DNA of 63,555 bases, counting the filler, from Atractiella rhizophila (taxonomy: Eukaryota), in the NCBI GenBank assembly GCA_021432655.1. It is 8 parts of 8 records of this genome, joined end to end, with 100 filler letters (N's around TTAATTAATTAA, not from the genome) between each part and the next. Parts side by side here need not be neighbours in the genome. Positions count along the whole stretch, not along the records: positions 60,534 to 63,555 come from MU272149.1; 7 more parts are not named here. The stretch is one strand, 5' to 3'. Made by a program: the position numbers and the translations under genes. Under the pieces are notes generated by a model, which did not search any database, was not told where the DNA came from, and saw only the letters and a program-made list of their open reading frames with translations. Of the stretch, positions 60,534 to 63,555 are shown in pieces (within the stretch, counting starts at the first letter, position 1; each line of letters starts with the position of its first letter).

Positions 60534-62255
60534 CAACATATCCTTACTCACCGAGTGAAGGACCACTTCATACTCCACCTCCTCAAAGACTTTGCAAGCC
60601 TGAACTCTCACCCTTTCTTCCGGATCCAACAACTTCGCTCCCAAAGTCTCTTGCACATCGTTTCCCAAGTCTCCGTACCGCCTCCAGACGTTAGGAAGTT
60701 TCTCCAGCAATGCCACTCTCACGCTTTTATCTTTATCCCTACCCCTTCCCAGCCAAGCTCTCCACGTTCCAGCATAAGTTGCAGCCAGATTCCCCGGGCC
60801 AGCCCATATGTCTCCGAGGGTTTGGGTGGCGAGTGCGCGCAACGCGAGGTCCTCGTGCTGGACTTCACTCTCGAGCTGAGGGAGGACGTTGAGGAGCAGA
60901 GCGGGGACGGAGGACGCGATGGATTTGATGAGTTCGTGTGCGGTCAGAGTCTCCTCTGAGGGCTCGTTTGGGGTGTAGACAGTGGGATCCGTCGCGTTGC
61001 TGATTATTTCGGAGAAGTACTAGGATACGCCACGTTAGCATCCTATGGGTTCGGAAGCAGATTATGGAACGACGAAGTCATACCTGTGACACATTCCGTT
61101 GAAGTTTGTCTGCAGTAGGGGTACACACATCAGTCGCCATCCTGAAGGCGGCTGGGCTCCTTTTCTGCTCAAATCATTAACATCGGCGTCCAATTCCCTC
61201 AGAAACTGGAGTTAAAAGGAGAAAACCTACTACATTGTCAGGCAAAAATTGGGCAATCAAAATTTCCAGCACGTTCTGAGAAACAGTTGTAGATTCTTCC
61301 AGTATTAGCACCAAAATGTCAGTCATTGCCGCGATTGCATTTTTAGGGAGGTCTTTTTCCCTTTAACGTGAATTAGTTGCCTGTGTGTGGAGGAAGGAAG
61401 AGNNNNNNNNNNNNNNNNNNNNNNNNNNNNNNNNNNNNNNNNNNNNNNNNNNNNNNNNNNNNNNNNNNNNNNNNNNNNNNNNNNNNNNNNNNNNNNNNNN
61501 NNNNNNNNNNNNNNNNNNNNNNNNNNNNNNNNNNNNNNNNNNNNNNNNNNNNNNNNNNNNNNNNNNNNNNNNNNNNNNNNNNNNNNNNNNNNNNNNNNNN
61601 NNNNNNNNNNNNNNNNNNNNNNNNNNNNNNNNNNNNNNNNNNNNNNNNNNNNNNNNNNNNNNNNNNNNNNNNNNNNNNNNNNCTAAGGCATGAGAAATAA
61701 CTGCAACACCAATCCCCGTTACCTCGTAAAATGACTTTGATGCAGAACTTCTGCCAGATTCAACTAGCAGGATTGGGCTACAAGTGAACATGCTGCCACC
61801 TCAACCTTTCGCGCGTGGACATTGGCAACAGTCAAAGGAGTCATGCCGCTCCTCGCTTTCTCAGCTCGTATTTCTCCTTCCCATTCCATATCAAATACAA
61901 GCACGCACCTTCAGTTCCTCTGCACTATACGGTGCGTCTGGAGCATAAAGTCTCAAAAATCTGCAAGACAGTCTGCAGTATAAGCCTTGACACCTCTGTC
62001 GCGATGAAGCAACAGCGTGCTGGAAATCAGCTCCTTCGCGACATTCTCCAAGCTCTTCACAACCACATTATCCTGCTCCAACTCCACCAGCTCGCTGTGC
62101 AGAGCCTTCAGGCGCTTCAAAAGCTCCGGAGTGGTGAGCTTTGTGCCGGTGAGTTTCGTGCTGAATTTCAGACCTGCGGCTCTCCTAAGAATTGGCAGAA
62201 AAAGAGTAAATAACACACGTCTTTGAGTCTGCCGGAGTGCGCCAGTGGCCACCAT
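60534..62255 (-). CDS. PDS5: Sister chromatid cohesion protein Pds5, 5' part (N gap; one apparent frameshift)
   Basis: LKF....TT.ELLKRLKALH.EL..LEQ...LLLHRDRGVKAYTA.CLAD.LRLYAPDAPY; later VVPQLE.E..E...RALATQTLG and W.AWLGR..DK...VR. Confidence 0.93.
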
Positions 62256-63555
62256 CGCGCGTATAAAGCTGACAAGGATAAACGCGTCGAAGTGCAAGTG
62301 GTTGATGATGAGAGTATGATGACGTTGATGTAGTTGCTCGTAGGCCACAGCATTTCCTTTCAATTTTCAAGAAAGGCTGTCAGTGGGGAGGTCATTGGGA
62401 GCCTGTATATTCCCGTGGAGAGGCTCTATTATATTAGTAGTGTAGTATTGTACTTCGTACTTTTTCAGCCAGTGGATCTCACTGTACTCTGGAGCTCTGC
62501 CAAGTTCATCGACGCGTCGATGGCGACCATCCAATCTCTCCCTCCTGCTCCAAATATTCGAGATGCTCTCCATACACTGGGCCCGTGAGCGGGGAGATTA
62601 GACGCTTGCTGATGATCGTTATACCTCCTGGGTGACTGTGCTCTCCAAAGCCCATCAGCAACCCCTGTTCACTCATCAGCAAAAAATGGAGCGAACTTTC
62701 CCTCCCCTCCTTGATCGTATAATCACTCTTTTCACAGCCAATATGGATAGCCTTCTTTCCAGTGGGACACACTTCGTTCTCACATGAAGCACTTCTTTGT
62801 TAACTTCCCAGATCATTTCACAGCTCCAAGGACGTAACTTGGACGGCCCTTTGGTACGCTTTCAGAGAAATTTACGCCGCATGGGAGACCAACGTACATC
62901 GTTGCATATCTTGTTGTGGAAGATGGAATCCCCACACGTACAACCTCGCTTTCGGTTACGCTTCTTTGGGTTCCATCGATATAGAGACCTTGTCCTTCAA
63001 GATTGGTTCACTAAACGAATGAAGAGATTATGTCTTGGCTGAAATTGAGAGATGTTGGATTGTCCACAGCTTGGTTTACGCTTTCGCATCTCCTCGTCAG
63101 TGCCATCATTCCTCCATATTCAACTTTCTTCTAAGCATCGTCCAAAACTCATCGTCGAAAACTCTCTTACGCCCATCGTCGGTCAGACAGGTTCAAGTAC
63201 CACATACTCTCTGATTTTTGGCTAGAAATCGTCCTCCCCCTCCTCCTCGTGAAAAGTACTCTTCGAGAGTTGGACATGAATGGACAATCTGGCTTTGATT
63301 TATCAGGCTGCAGAGAAAGTTATATTGCGCCTCAACTCATCAGTCCGGCGTTCCACATTAGATAAGCCAATTGCTGTTCAAGGTTGTAGGGAGAACTTTG
63401 CTCATACTTAGCAGAATTGTCCCAAGTAACCCTTAGAGAATTGTGAGGACTAATATAATGCAGAAAGGTAAGGACAGTGAGGGATACCCAGTTACACATT
63501 ATATGATCGCTTGCACGTTGCACGGGCGTGGATAAGTTGATGATGAGGATATGAT

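Noticed and set aside
62335..63555. Possible minus-strand gene upstream of PDS5
   Set aside because: Exon-like fragments exist, but I could not build a consistent model or recognise a family.

Overview
Intron-rich fungal nuclear DNA, most likely a basidiomycete (inferred from gene content and short GT-AG introns with CTAAC/CTGAC branch sites). The window is not one locus. It is eight assembly fragments joined by an artificial 100-bp spacer (44 N + TTAATTAATTAA + 44 N), so gene adjacency only has meaning within a fragment: 1-9385, 9486-18855, 18956-28316, 28417-37770, 37871-47212, 47313-56619, 56720-60433, 60534-end. Recognisable housekeeping genes are BUB3, TRZ1, RQT4/TRIP4-like, AMSH, myotubularin, UTP11, PDS5 and a Rad33-like EF-hand gene. 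Other recognisable content: a WOPR transcription factor, an M43 metalloprotease, a tandem pair of Zn2Cys6-family paralogs, an AAA+ ATPase, an MDR alcohol dehydrogenase and a decayed Ty3/Gypsy element. The main leads are: (1) an apparently intact MnmE/MSS1 homolog that lacks its entire GTPase domain; (2) a TLC-like/Lgt-like fusion membrane protein (Lgt is a bacterial lipoprotein diacylglyceryl transferase) next to a UbiA-type prenyltransferase/terpene cyclase, a candidate two-gene lipid/terpenoid module; (3) a 282-bp Helitron-like insertion inside the retrotransposon RT; (4) a 588-nt structured BUB3 intron; (5) an AAA ATPase with Gly in place of the Walker B Glu. All family calls come from manual motif recognition and hand splicing. 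No searches were run.
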